DNA from: Neoechinorhynchus agilis
Lineage: Eukaryota; Animalia; Acanthocephala
Reading direction: 5' to 3'
Assembly (NCBI GenBank): GCA_051530055.1
Contig: CM121343.1
Coordinates: forward strand, 3,938,389-4,002,388
DNA length: 64,000 bases
Shown: one piece after another, positions 49,995 through 62,423 of the stretch
Layout: each line of letters starts with the position of its first letter
Numbering within the stretch: the first letter of the stretch is position 1
The notes under the pieces: generated by a model
Database searches by the model: none
Told to the model about the DNA's origin: nothing
Seen by the model: the letters and a program-made list of their open reading frames with translations, nothing else
Made by a program: the position numbers and the translations under genes

Positions 49995-50330
49995 ATGCCG
50001 TTCGCTGCCAGCAACATAAAATTCGCCACTATTAAACCAGGGGGAGCAGCAACCTCTGCTGAGGAACGCAAAAAGAGCAAATACAGGGACCTGAGTTGAA
50101 ATCATTATTTTGTTATACCTTTAACGTCGAGACACTCGGGTCCTTTGGTACCGCGGCGCAGGACCTGGTCAAGCAATTGTCTAAGAGATTGAGACGAATC
50201 ACTGGCGATCCGATATCAGGAGCATTCCTCTTACAAAACAAAAGTCTGGCTTTGCAACGGAACGCTACATAGGTCCATTCGGCCGTTACACCAGGACGGC
50301 AGCTGAATGATCCAGAAAGGCGATGGTATG
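49995..50330 (+). pseudogene. C-terminal fragment of a CRE-type retrotransposon endonuclease region
   Basis: FAASNI...GGAATSAEERKKSKYRDL, stop/frameshift, VETLGSFG...LVKQLSKRLRRITGDPISGAFLLQ..SLALQR: typical tail of the RLE domain in CRE-like elements. Confidence 0.75.
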
Positions 50331-51009
50331 AATGGAATTATTGTTTAGGTTGTTTCGCAAGCGAAACAATAGAGACTGCAGAGGCAAGGAAAACCTTGCG
50401 AGATATTTCTTAAATAAATGAGTATCGATAACAACAGGGACAGGATTCGCCAACGTACAATCAAATTTACCCCAAGGACAATAATATATGACACTAATCG
50501 ATCAATGTAAATTTATAACAGTTTCAATAGGGATGGAGGAACATCTTTATCCTCCATTGCCTCGACGATGCATCCAGCATTCTCTTCCTGAATCTATGCG
50601 CTTACTTGAGCAGGAAACGATTGGATGCGTGCCCAAGGATAAAAATTATCAGCCGTGTGGCCACACAAAGAGACTGATCTTCAACATGCAAACATTCTCG
50701 TGGAAAAATTGTAGCGTTGGCCGTGATCGATTGCAGGACTGCTGTAACCGCTTCCCGTCTCCCAGTGACCATCAGTAAACACTTTAAATTTAGACAGCTA
50801 AAGTTTTTCAATATGCTAAGCAGGAACAAAATGCATTTCTTCGATTCAATTAATGCAATAAATCACTTCACAAGGATCAGTGCAATTTTGCTACAAATCC
50901 AAGTTCATTTTACTTTATGTACAGTTGTAATTCATGAAAGCTTTCGATAAAGTTAACTTTATTGTCAACATCTAACTCATTTTTTTTGAAATTTTTCTAG
51001 TTTTTCTAC

Positions 51010-51330
51010 TTTCACGATGACTCCTCCTGTACATTCTTCGACCCTTCTAAAGGATTACCTCAATATTCACCTTTATTCCCGATATTATTCTGCGTAGCAT
51101 CGTATTGCCCTTCGGTCACTTTATTTGTGGACGACCTTACCGCTTACGTTTTTTCTAATTGATAATCTCGCTCAGATGGGCATTTCTTTTAATCCCATCA
51201 AAATTTATTATGAAATCATCTTCAGTTCTCGCGCGTTTCTATAATATCGGCTCCTTGGATACACTCTTATCGTCAATCCGAGTATCACTTATGACATCAA
51301 AACTTAAGAACCTCACTAGGCCAATCGTGT
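51010..51330 (+). pseudogene. Decayed LINE RT fragment
   Basis: FDPSKGLPQYSPLFPILF, frameshift, FVDDL, then MGISFNPIK. Confidence 0.6.
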
Positions 51331-51616
51331 ACACATAGTTTATGACATTTGACTCAAAGCGGTATAAACAGGAATTCCTCGGCAATATCTAGCCTGAAGT
51401 TTTTGTGTAGAGGAAAACAGCCAGATTTTCTCCAGCGTCCTCCTATTGGTTTGGCCCAAAAACCCTTTTGGTCACCACGGAAATGTACAAAAGATTGAAT
51501 ACCTGAACACCGTCTAACTATTTCGCCTACTCTCCAATCGTGATCGCGTGTCTTTTTTCAATAAATCGTGTGTATACATATATAGAATAACGTTGATTCA
51601 TCTAATCAAATCGGGG

Positions 51617-52340
51617 GTGCGCGTTCACAATGCGCTCGATATGTCGAAGGTTCAACGCCACCGGTCGCTGTGTTCCACGGGTGTGCGGGGCTGCTGAAAG
51701 GGGTGGGGTCAGGTTTTGAGATCGCTCATCAGCCCCAAAAGTGGGTTGGTACTGTCTCTTCGAGTGCGGCTGAGCGCCTCCGATGTGTGCGAGTTAGCCG
51801 AAAGGTTCCCAAAAAGATATGCAGCGTGATGCCATGAGTGTATGCGATTTACGATAAATAGGGGCCCAGTGGCCGTGTGGTGTGCGCGTTCACAATGCGC
51901 TCGATATGTCGAAGGTTCAACGCCACCGGTCGCTGGGTTCCACGGGTGTGCGAGGATGCTGAAAGGGGTGGGGTCAGGTTTTGAGATCGCCCATTGACCC
52001 CAAAAGTGGGTTGGTACTGTCTCTTCGAGTGCGGCTGAGCGCCTCCGATGTGTGCGAGTTAGCCGAAAGGTTCCCAAAAAGATATGCAGCGTGATGCCAT
52101 GAGTGTATGCGATTTACGATAAATAGGGGCCCAGTGGCCGTGTGGTGTGCGCGTTCACAATGCGCTCGATATGTCGAAGGTTCAACGCCACCGGTCGCTG
52201 GGTTCCACGGGTGTGCGGGGCTGCTGGAAGGGGCGGGGTCAGGTTTTGAGATCGCCCATTGACCCCAAAGGGGGTTGGCCCTGTTCCTTCGAGTGCGGCT
52301 GAGCGCCTCCGATGTGTGCAAGTTAGTCGAAAAGACTCCA
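51617..52340. repeat. GC-rich tandem repeat, 265-bp unit, about 2.7 copies
   Basis: gtgcgcgttcacaatgcg at 51617, 51882, 52147. Confidence 0.95.
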
Positions 52341-53194
52341 AAGGAATATAGCCGAAACTCTCAAAAGAAGATGTCACAAGACACAAGTGTATGAGGCCTT
52401 TGATAATAAATAAATAATTACGATAAATAAATAACCAAATCGCGTAACTGATGCAAATCTTGTTATCCTCGTGTACGAACTCCAAAAGGTTCTCACTGGT
52501 GAATTGTAACACGCTCGAGTTTTATTGAAATCTTCATTGCGAATTTTCAAGGAGTCAGCCTCCTTCTCAAGCATAATTTTGTGAGATATTTTCCTGGCTG
52601 AGGCCTTGAAAATTCGCAATGAAGATTCCAATAAAACTCGATTCGCCAATGAGAATGCACATCCACTTGAAGGAACAATTGGATAGTGTATAAAATGTCA
52701 TCCCGAATTCCATAATTTCTCCCTCGCCCACCCGGGTTTCAAAGTATCGATCCAGCTCGCATTATTTAAACACAAATTCGCCAAAAGTCACGTATTTATC
52801 TCATAATCCGCATAACAAATTGAAAAGGATGCGCATAGATAAAAACAACCAATGGTTAAACCGGATTTTTAGCTAAAAACAAACCTTAAAGTTCTTGTGA
52901 TGTACAAAAAAAATCCATTGTCAATAAATTTAATTAAGAAAAATGAAAACCACACCAATAACTCTTTTACAAAACACACAATAAAATTGAACAATTTAAT
53001 TTCGAAAAGTAGCCAGCTAAAGTAGTAGATACGTAAGAAATCGAATCAGGCTAATTTTTAATAGTGATTTCATCCGATTATTGCTAACTATCGAACTGTG
53101 ATTTTTCAGGACGAGATACTTCGATTTTTAAAGCTCACCCAAATTTTTAGCGTTCGTTTTCTAAATAATCTTCATTTATACATTTAATATTAGC

Positions 53195-53460
53195 GTTTTT
53201 CTTCGAGTTTGGCGATGTTTTTCCCTCGGATTGTTGTCGGTGTTGATCATTTATTTTAAAATATTTCGTACAAATTAAGCTAAAGTCAAACGTTTGGCGA
53301 ACCCACGGATCCACGCCTATAGTCCAATTTGGACTTTATCTTAATTTTTACATATAACTGAAGAAGTAAGCAAAAAAGCTTACGAAATATTTTAAAATAA
53401 ATGATCAACACCACCAACAACGATCCGAGGGAAAAATTATCGCCAAACTCGAATCAAATT
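53195..53460. mobile_element. MITE-like element with about 70-bp inverted arms
   Basis: ttcgagtttggcgat...ccctcggat..ttgttg...gttgatcatttattttaaaatatttcgta mirrored by tacgaaatattttaaaataaatgatcaac...ccgaggg...atcgccaaactcgaa. Confidence 0.8.
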
Positions 53461-53659
53461 TACCCCGACGACAATTCTCTATGATATAAGCGTTCTTGTT
53501 TACCTGATTAAAATGACAAGTTAGATCAGTTGAAAAAACAATACAGTCCATTGATTTTGTGCACAAACTTTATCCGTTCTTTTTATTCGAAAAATCTAAT
53601 CCTAATCTGATGCCAATTTAGCTTAAAAGTGAATTTTAAGTATACAAAGTTTTTCGGGT

Positions 53660-53860
53660 TCAATTAGTGATGTTTGATCAAGAAAATAGATTTATCTTGA
53701 AAATTTTCGGCCTTTTCATTGGCCCTCTTCGGTCAATTGCTTGTAAGTTTTTAAATACTCGAATATTTAAAAACTTATAAACAATTGACTGAAGCAGACC
53801 AACGAAAAGGCCGAAAATTTTCAAGATAAATCTATTTTCTTGATCAAACATCGCTAATTG
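53660..53860. mobile_element. Long foldback palindrome (MITE family 2)
   Basis: tcaattagtgatgtttgatcaagaaaatagatttatcttgaaaattttcggcctttt...aaaaggccgaaaattttcaagataaatctattttcttgatcaaacatcgctaattga; related to 4550-4640. Confidence 0.85.
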
Positions 53861-54237
53861 AAACTGAAACTATGAATATTTTCTTTACAATAAAGTTTTT
53901 GTATTACCTACAAAGACGTAAACATTTATGAGAGTCGAAGGACAACCGCACATTGAAATTTCGGCACTAACGGAGATATTTGTGGATTTTTTGAAATTGT
54001 TATTTTAACTTCTAGTTTGAAGTTGAAATGTTGATGTTAGAAATAATCACATTTTAAAATTGGTTTTATGTTCGTGGTCAATAAACAATTTTTTGAACTA
54101 AGCCGATAAAATATTTTTAATGTTTAATTTTTCATCACTTTGTTTTTGAAGCATATTCTAAGCGATTTTCCTCACATCTCAGTTTTTTAAGTTCTTCGAA
54201 AAACGCGTGCTTAAAATCCCTTCTTTTTTAATTTCCG

Positions 54238-57200
54238 ATGCACAAAACAAATACTGAGGTCAAGCATTTTCAAGATGGAACCTTAAGTAATGGAATAGTC
54301 CAGATCGTTTGCAGTCCAAGTACCGACGTATTTGCTGTGATTGACGATTCAGGACATGTGAGTATCGATTCGATCAAAACATGCCTCAATGTCCTTTTGT
54401 TTTGCTTCACTAGGTAGGTTTATACAATTGTGTACTTGGTTTGCTTTGGTCGACTGCGAGCATTCCACGGTTCCGGAATGTAAAAGCATTGGAGGTATCC
54501 TGGCGATGTGACGGAATGGGTTAGTAACCGTTTTCAAATATAGTTTGTCGAATTTTTCTTATAACGATTATCACCAATGCTTCAACATCTTAAATTCATT
54601 TTGTATTCTAATGAAGACCGTTGAGAATTAAAAAAATATCAAGAGAAAATCCATCAGGATGGTAAATTTTACCTTGTGTGTGTGTAATGAATATACTCGC
54701 CCTAATCTATTTCGAAAGAGGAATTTACAAAAGCGAGCTTTCCTCTTTCGAGATATTTCATTACAAGTCAGAAAATGAATACTTCGCTATTTTCGTCTAA
54801 CTGGACAAATGGGATTTTATAGACTTTACGACAACTTTTTGAGTGTTTTTGCAGGCAATTAAAATGTTTAAGACGGTCGTGAAAATGATAAAATTAAAAA
54901 GAACTTGATTATAAAGCAAGATTTTAATCGTAATAACCCTTTGTAGAATTCGCTGTCGCTTATGAGTGTTCACAATTTGCCATTCATAAGATTGATAGGC
55001 GTGAGCCATTGTTCAACAGAAATGTTTTAAATTCGCCGATTCAGCAATTGTGCTGGGTAACAATTTGGTCCGAAGCAAAGTATGCGAACGTAAAATCAGG
55101 ATTCGTGGAACAGTTTCATTCTCAACATGATTGGAAAAATTCACTACCGTTACTAGCTGTTTTGCTTCAATCAGGCGAGCTGTTCTTATTTGCTCATGGA
55201 GTTATAGCGATAGGTTGTATAAATGTTGGACACAAATGTGGATATGTGTCACGTATATTTTCATGTTCAACCAAACCTCGACATTGTGAAGATTCAAAGA
55301 TGCATTGTTCACCTATTCTAATCACACTCACAGAGGGACAGTCGGGAGGCGATTTACTCCTAAACACCGTGAAGTTTCATGAAGAATACCGAGATGGTTT
55401 TCTTGGTGAATTGACTCACCATATATTACGGGCTCAGGATATCATAGAAAATCTTAATATTATGATAAGAACAACAAATGAAATCATGAACGAACATAAC
55501 ACTGGAGTCTTATTAGAGATGATAAATTATGTCGATAGGATGATGAGAATTCGAGATTTAGAAAAGGTGGACGTGACCACATGTCTTTTAGCTCTTCTCA
55601 CTCTTGGGGACCTCCAAGAACCACTACTGACCTTCTTTGCTGAGAGTCCATTGAGTGAAAGCTTTTATAAGGCACTTAATATTGAGATGGAGCGATTATT
55701 TATAGCTTTAAGAGACAAGGTGAATGGCTTAATCAAGTGAGTCCAAAATGTTAACGGTTTCCATCTAAATAAAGTACTAAGCCAGTTTAGGGAAAAAGGC
55801 GCATTTGTACACTATTCGGGCACTTGTAATGGCCGAAGCGACAACGTGCAAACATTTAGTCGACTGTTTAAGAGGTTAGAGAAAAGTTGTCGGATATTTT
55901 TTAACATCGCATCCATGTTTGCTAAAGGTCTTAGACACCATTTGTCCATTCTTATTTGTGTTTTCAATGAAACAATCGAGTAAGTCCAGCGTCGTATAGA
56001 CAATTTTGTCTTTACATGTTTATAGGCTTTTTTACGCTAGCATGAGACCAACTTTACATTTTTTCCGTTGGCTGATCTACCGTAAGTACACAGAAGTTAT
56101 ATCCATTCGTTTTAATCTAAATTGTCTAGATCAAGTGCGAGAAAGGAGAGAACCGGACGAAATAAGTGCAATCATCTCCGAGGTTCGTTCAAAACTTTAT
56201 GTTACATGTTTCTTAAACTGTTCACCAAAGTTTTCAGCGCAAGATTGCCACGATATCCACTCGTTCATCACGAAGACATTTTCGAGCGAGAATGATACTT
56301 TTGCACCATGTCAAATATTCCCAGTAAGGCTACGTGCATATAAACTTTTTGCCCATTACATACCTTGTTTCCTTTAGAACACAAAATCGAATGCAGATAG
56401 GAAAGTTATTGATTTCCGAACCCCCATTCCAATTACGGATGATTATGGAATCCGCAACCTTGACTCCTCGCATCTCGCGTTCGCGACTTATGGGCTCATC
56501 GAACCAGAAAGTTTAAGAGATTCGTCGTTTGAACATCTTATGTCTCATTGCAAACGGATAATCTCCTACATCACGGACCGATCATTGCCGAATAATGAAA
56601 GAGCGTTAAAGGTTAAAAAATTAACTTCTGTATTAAGTTCGTATAAAGATACAACAAAACAGCTCTTAATGCTGCAGTCGGCAAGTTTTATTTCTAAAAA
56701 TATTCCTTTATCCACTTAAATTCGTTCGTTTTAAAGGCACGATAAAAAAAAGTTTTTTGTTGAATTGCTGATTCATGCACCGTCGTTTCTGTATACTTCT
56801 TAACACAAATATATAAATCTTTCAAAAGCAATCCAAAAATCGATCATGTTTTTAGGTTTTAAAGAAAAATATAATTAAAATTTTCTCTCTAGGTAAAATG
56901 ATTATTGCCGTCGCTGATTGGACATCGTAGCCTTCGGTTCACAGCAGGGTTTTTATTATCCGAAAGCTTAAAATCAATAATTTTAATATCGATAAAATTT
57001 CCTCGTGAATTGCAAGATCGGAGCAAAATATTAAACATAGCTAAAAATTGTTCGAATTTTCTTCAGAAATTGCAAAATTAAAACAAGAAATTTTGCTTTA
57101 TCGATCATCAATTTAAATTTTCCTCAGAATCGCAAAATCGGAGCAATAAAAAGACGTTGATAAATCCGGTTAAAATTGTTTTTGTGAATGAAAATCGGTA

Positions 57201-57798
57201 TGATTTTTTGAATGGATAGTTCAAATGTGCACCAAAACCAAGTAGTTGATTTTAAATAAGCTCAAAAATCTTCAGTCTATCAAGATCCTTTAAGAACTGT
57301 GTTGATAAAAGATATGAAATCTTAGAAATCAGTCATAACTATAGCACGTTGTATTTTTCAAGTGGATTTACAAGTTTAAACTTTACGGCGGTAAGATGTA
57401 ATACGGCTGCTACAAGTAACAAAACGATCAAATCGCCAACTATCGAATTTGCCTTCGATGCTAATCAAATATTACATATGGGACGAACACTTTTGGCTCT
57501 GAGTATTTATAACGGTGTAGGACTATGCGTGTTGGAAGGATCCTCAAGCACTGATTGCGATGCTTTACTGACTCTTTATGAATATGAAGGCTTGATCGAA
57601 GAAAATGACTCAAAACTTGAACAGAGAAAAGAGACAAGTGTTCCTAATACTTGCTCGCATATAATTCCAGTTCCATGTAGGAATTTGCTAATTCTGGTAA
57701 GTTTTTAAATTCTTAGTGTCTACACACACACAATTTTGATATTTTGTAAGGTTCATAAGAATAATCAGGACGTGACAATTCTGGAAATATTTAAATAA
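54238..57798 (+). CDS. ANAPC4: Anaphase-promoting complex subunit 4, multi-exon
   Basis: N-terminal IVQIVCSPSTDVFAV, VSWRCDG, PIQQLCW and LAVLLQSGELFLFAHG match the APC4 WD40 region; helical middle; last exon VHKNNQDVTILEIFK then stop at 57796-57798. Divergent; middle exons approximate. Confidence 0.72.
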
Positions 57799-58109
57799 AT
57801 GTAACTTTAATGTGTTTTCGAGGATGAATTGTTGTAAGAGTGCTGAGGCCACCACCCCTCCCCGTTCACGAGCTCACTGATTTCGCATTTGACATAATCA
57901 CCCAGAAAAAAATCAAAATTCACGAGCATCACATTTAGAGGTGTATGTCTGTGAGCTTTGTTAATCTGGGTCATTTGTATTTTTGAGTTTACCCTCTCTC
58001 TCTATAGTAAGCGGTCAGCGTGTTGTGATGTGAGCACGCGGCTGCATACTTTTTTTTGGTGTGGGTGTGTGGGTGGCTGTGTGAGCGCGAGTGAACGTGA
58101 GTGTAGTTG

Positions 58110-58716
58110 CTACGGTTGATCGCCCGAAGACGACGACGACGAAGTATTTTGAGCTGCAGCTGAACTGACCGACTCTTCTTGATCGCAGGATAGATCCCTT
58201 CCGAATACTGTTTCAGGACGAGCCATTTGGTTGCCCGTGTATTGTCTAGCATCCAACAGACTCGGACGTATTCCACGTATCTCTGCAAGCCTCTTAAGTT
58301 CGGCTTTTGCAACGTTATAATCACCAGAATCAAAATATCGACACTAGAAATGGACGACGACGACGATTAAGAAGGGCTGTGAGAAGTACTTACTCCTCTG
58401 CTCAATCTCCTTTGTAAAAATTGAGATGGCATTCTGAGAGGTGCAGCGGCGAGACTAGCCGTTGGAATATGAGGTTGTCCTTGCTGCTGCTGTCTATACA
58501 ATGCCATCGGTGGCTGATATTCTCGCGAATTCGAAGACAAAGGACGAGGTTTCGATCCTGCGCCATAAAGCACACCGGACTGAATGGCAGCGTGAAGCCT
58601 CTTTGGTGGTACATTGCCCTATTCGATGAGACGACAACGACGACGACGACGTGAGTATTGAACCCATTCCAGCTTTCACTAACCTCACTACTGCTTTGAG
58701 AAGTCATCTCTTTCAT
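58110..58716 (-). CDS. ENSA: Endosulfine/ARPP-19 family PP2A-B55 inhibitor (3 exons: 58716-58684, 58618-58394, 58343-58110)
   Basis: GT-AG splicing of three phase-0 exons gives ...[28 protein letters not shown]..., containing the Greatwall site FDSGDY. The last exon is absent from the ORF track in this frame. Confidence 0.9.
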
Positions 58717-59083
58717 CAAACGCCGCACGCGATTTGTTTGTGACGAAATGAGGTCGCTGTTGAGGAGTACGCGTGCACACGCCTATTAATCTGAAAATGC
58801 GATATGGACACAGCCCATAACAAAAAACAACAATCGCGATTCTGTCGCGCACTCCGTCAATGACGTAATTCAGGAATCGAACTGTGGTGGTGGTGGTGGT
58901 GGGAGCAACAGCGATCCGGCCGTTTTATTCGGAGATCATCAACGGGTGTGTGCGAGCGAAAGCACACTTTATGCCATTCGTTGAAAATGAAGAGAGAAAA
59001 GCAGTCATAGTGGAACTACTCACAGCCGTTCACGCTCAAAATGAACACACGCGCATGACTTTCTAAAACTAAATGAGCGTTTC

Positions 59084-62000
59084 TTAGGACCACCGAGACG
59101 ACCGCGTCCACGGAAACCTCGTCTTCCGCATTCGCTTTGGTGGAGCCGGAGATTCATCCTTCATCGACCTTCGGCCTCGTCTTCGCTTTCGCTTTTCAGC
59201 CTCAACCTTCCGACGTCTAAAAGTCTCAGATGCTCCGCGCATTATGCCGTGTATCTGTCGGTTAGAAATGTCAGCTTGCTTCAATAATTCCTCGGGAGAC
59301 TTCTGACACGGCAATCCGGACCAGTTCAATTGGTTAAATACCACCGCATCCGAATAACGGGACAAGAGCTCTAAAGTGTGAAAATCTTGTAAAATCCGTA
59401 TTGGAAAAACAAAACTCTGGCATTAGTGACGTACACATTTATTAGAAACATTTTGATTGTTTCCTGGCGAGCAGATAACTTAAAATGATCTTTTATAATC
59501 CGATTCTTACACGTGAATTTCTTAGACCTTCTTGATCAAAAGGCGCACACGATTATGGCTAGGAAAACAATCGGATTTTAAAATCATTTCAACTTCGCTG
59601 CTCGCCAGAAAACAACCCAAATATGAAACAAAAACCCATAAACCGCTATTATGACTCATAGTGCAGACGAGAATTAAGCAAAGGTCCATGGTTATGTCAG
59701 AAAGACTTCAAAGGATGGAGCAAATAATTTATCACTGTCAGCAAATAATATTGCGCAGTACGACGCTTTTTCATCAGAAACAATCTTAAGAATATTCAGG
59801 TCTTGTTAAGAAAATTTGAAATCATATCCCATTGCGACAAATACATAATTAAAAGTGTGACTTTTCAATGTATATATATAGATAATTCATGCCGCTAATG
59901 ATTTAGATAACAGCGTCCGAAACGCATTGATTCAATGATAAATTCACCCCGGCGAGAACATTCGGCGCTGCGTGTTTTGTGGAAGCAACAACAACAGTAA
60001 TGGGGTGCTTTCTTGTAAATGCCGCCGTATTTTTTATATGGGTTCGTCGATTCGACCAAAATCAAGGAAATTAGAACGGGCTTAAACCCAAAATCTGACG
60101 AACGCTTGATTGTGTTACTTCGCAAATTTCATTAAGCCGAAATTAACAGGAAGTGAGTTGTTTTCAGATGAGTAAAATAGTTCAGCAGCGATGCAATTAT
60201 AAAGCGTTTACGAAAATCGATAAAAAATCTGCATGTCACGGCGCATTTAATAAAGAATTTAAAACAAAAAGAAGGTTTTTGACAATTTACGAAAATCGAT
60301 AAAAAATTTGCATGTCATGGCGCATTTAATAAAGAATTTAAAACAAAAAGAAGGTTTTTTGACAATTTACGAAAATCGATAAAAAAATCTGCATGTCATG
60401 GCGCATTTAATAAAGAATTTAAAACAAAAAGAAGGTTTTTTGACAATTTACGAAAATCGATCAAAAAATCTGCATGTTATGGGGCATTTAATAAAGAATT
60501 TAAACAAAAAGAAGGTTTTTTGACAATTTACGAAAATCGATAAAAAAATCTGCATGTCATGGCGCATTTAATAAAGAATTTAAAACAAAAAGAAGGTTTT
60601 TGACAATTAATACCATTCTAAATTTTTAGAAAAAAAACGCGATCTACCGAAATTAGTTGTTGGGGATGTTTACGAAGATCGATAAAAAAATCTGCATGTC
60701 ACGGCGCATTTAATAAAGAATTTAAAACAAAAAGAAGGTTTTTGACAATTAATACCATTCTAAATTTTTAGAAAAAAAACGCGATCTACCGAAATTAGTT
60801 GTTGGGGATGTTTACGAAGATCGATAAAAAAATCTGCATGTCACGGCGCATTTAATAAAGAATTTAAAACAAAAAGAAGGTTTTTGACAATTAATACCAT
60901 TCTAAATTTTTAGAAAAAAAACGCGATCTACCGAAATTAGTTGTTGGGGATGTTTACGAAAATCGATAAAAAATCTGCATGTCACGGCGCATTTAATAAA
61001 GAATTTAAAACAAAAAGAAGGTTTTTGACAATTAATACCATTCTAAATTTTTAGAAAAAAAACGCGATCTACCGAAATTAGTTGTTGGGGATGTTTACGA
61101 AGATCGATAAAAAAATCTGCATGTGGCGCATTTAATAAAGAATTTAAAACAAAAAGAAGGTTTTTTGACAATTAATACCATTCTAAATTTTTAGAAAAAA
61201 AACGCGATCTACCGAAATTAGTTGTTGGGGATGTTTACGAAGATCGATAAAAAAATCTGCATGTCATGGCGCATTTAATAAAGAATTTAAAACAAAAAGA
61301 AGGTTTTTTGACAATTAATACCATTCTAAATTTTTAGAAAAAAAACGCGATCTACCGAAATTAGTTGTTGGGGATATTTACGAAAATCGATAAAAAATCT
61401 GCATGTCATGGCGCATTTAATAAAGAATTTAAAACAAAAAGAAGGTTTTTGACAATTAATACCATTCTAAATTTTTAGAAAAAAAACGCGATCTACCGAA
61501 ATTAGTTGTTGGGGATGTTTACGAAGATCGATAAAAAAAATCTGCATGTCATGGCGCATTTAATAAAGAATTTAAAACAAAAAGAAGGTTTTTTGACAAT
61601 TAATACCATTCTAAATTTTTAGAAAAAAAACGCGATCTACCGAAATTAGTTGTTGAGGGGGGGAGACAATATTCTGTCGAGAGAAACGTGAAGCCCTCTC
61701 CTCCACTATAGAGTAAATGTGTCGACTACTCCGTATACTTACTTCTGACGACATTAATCGGGTTGGCTCCACGTCGGCTTTCCAAACTGCAAAAAGCTCT
61801 TGTTACGTGTGGACTTATTGTCTTAGCATAGATTTGAACCTTCATAAAGTGTGATGACCAAGATATTTTCCCATTGAAAAATATAAACCTCTTGGATCAA
61901 TTGATCGATAATTGCGATTTTTCTACATTGAGATTGTTCTGCTTTCTCACAATGCTCAACGCGAAACTCGCTAATGAGACGTAAAACAAAGAAACAACTA

Positions 62001-62374
62001 ACTTCGACGATCTGCTGTAGTCGTTCTTCGTAATTATCAACTTTGATGCACTTATTGCGAATCAAATCACGGCAGAGATTCACGTGCAATTCGTTGCCTT
62101 TCCTCATATCTTCTATAAGAACAATTAAATTCAATACTGCAAGCGGAAATTCGATACCATCAAATGCCACGTCCAACGCACCAATCTTATACATCTCAAC
62201 CTTTAAAACTGCTCGTAAATCATCAGCAGCTAACAAAATACCTTTATCTAATCGCAAGTGGAATCACTTACCGTCCAAAAATCGTTCATGATATTCCGGA
62301 CCACTATCTTCAGGAGGTCCATTTGATATACTAATCGGCAGATATTCGAGTTTCCCATACCTGGGAAGTCCCAT
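59084..62374 (-). CDS. Unknown multi-exon gene(s)
   Basis: Phase-consistent exons from ATG 62374: MGLPRYGKLEYLP...HERFLD-A-ADDLRAVLKVEMYKIG...LQQIVE...IDQLIQE-VQIYAKTISP...NVVR, donor near 61742. Continuation across the 60.2-61.7 kb array to ORFs 59895-60125 and 59084-59365 is only inferred. Confidence 0.5.
60207..61655 (+). repeat. Tandem array switching from an 80-bp to a 142-bp unit
   Basis: tttacgaaRatcga at 60207, 60286, 60366, 60447, 60527, then 60669, 60811, 60953, 61094, 61234, 61378, 61518. Confidence 0.96.
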
Positions 62375-62423
62375 CTGAAATCAATCACATTCAAAACTCG
62401 CTCTCACTCACACAAACGAAACG

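Noticed and set aside
51617-52340. HDV-like ribozyme (gcg-ttcacaa-tgc, cggctaa, ttccacg)
   Set aside because: Isolated motifs resemble L3 or J4/2, but P1, P2 and P1.1 could not be assembled in the required order on either strand.
57989-58728. ORFs 57989-58333 and 58402-58728 as proteins
   Set aside because: They are alternative frames over the endosulfine exons and introns.
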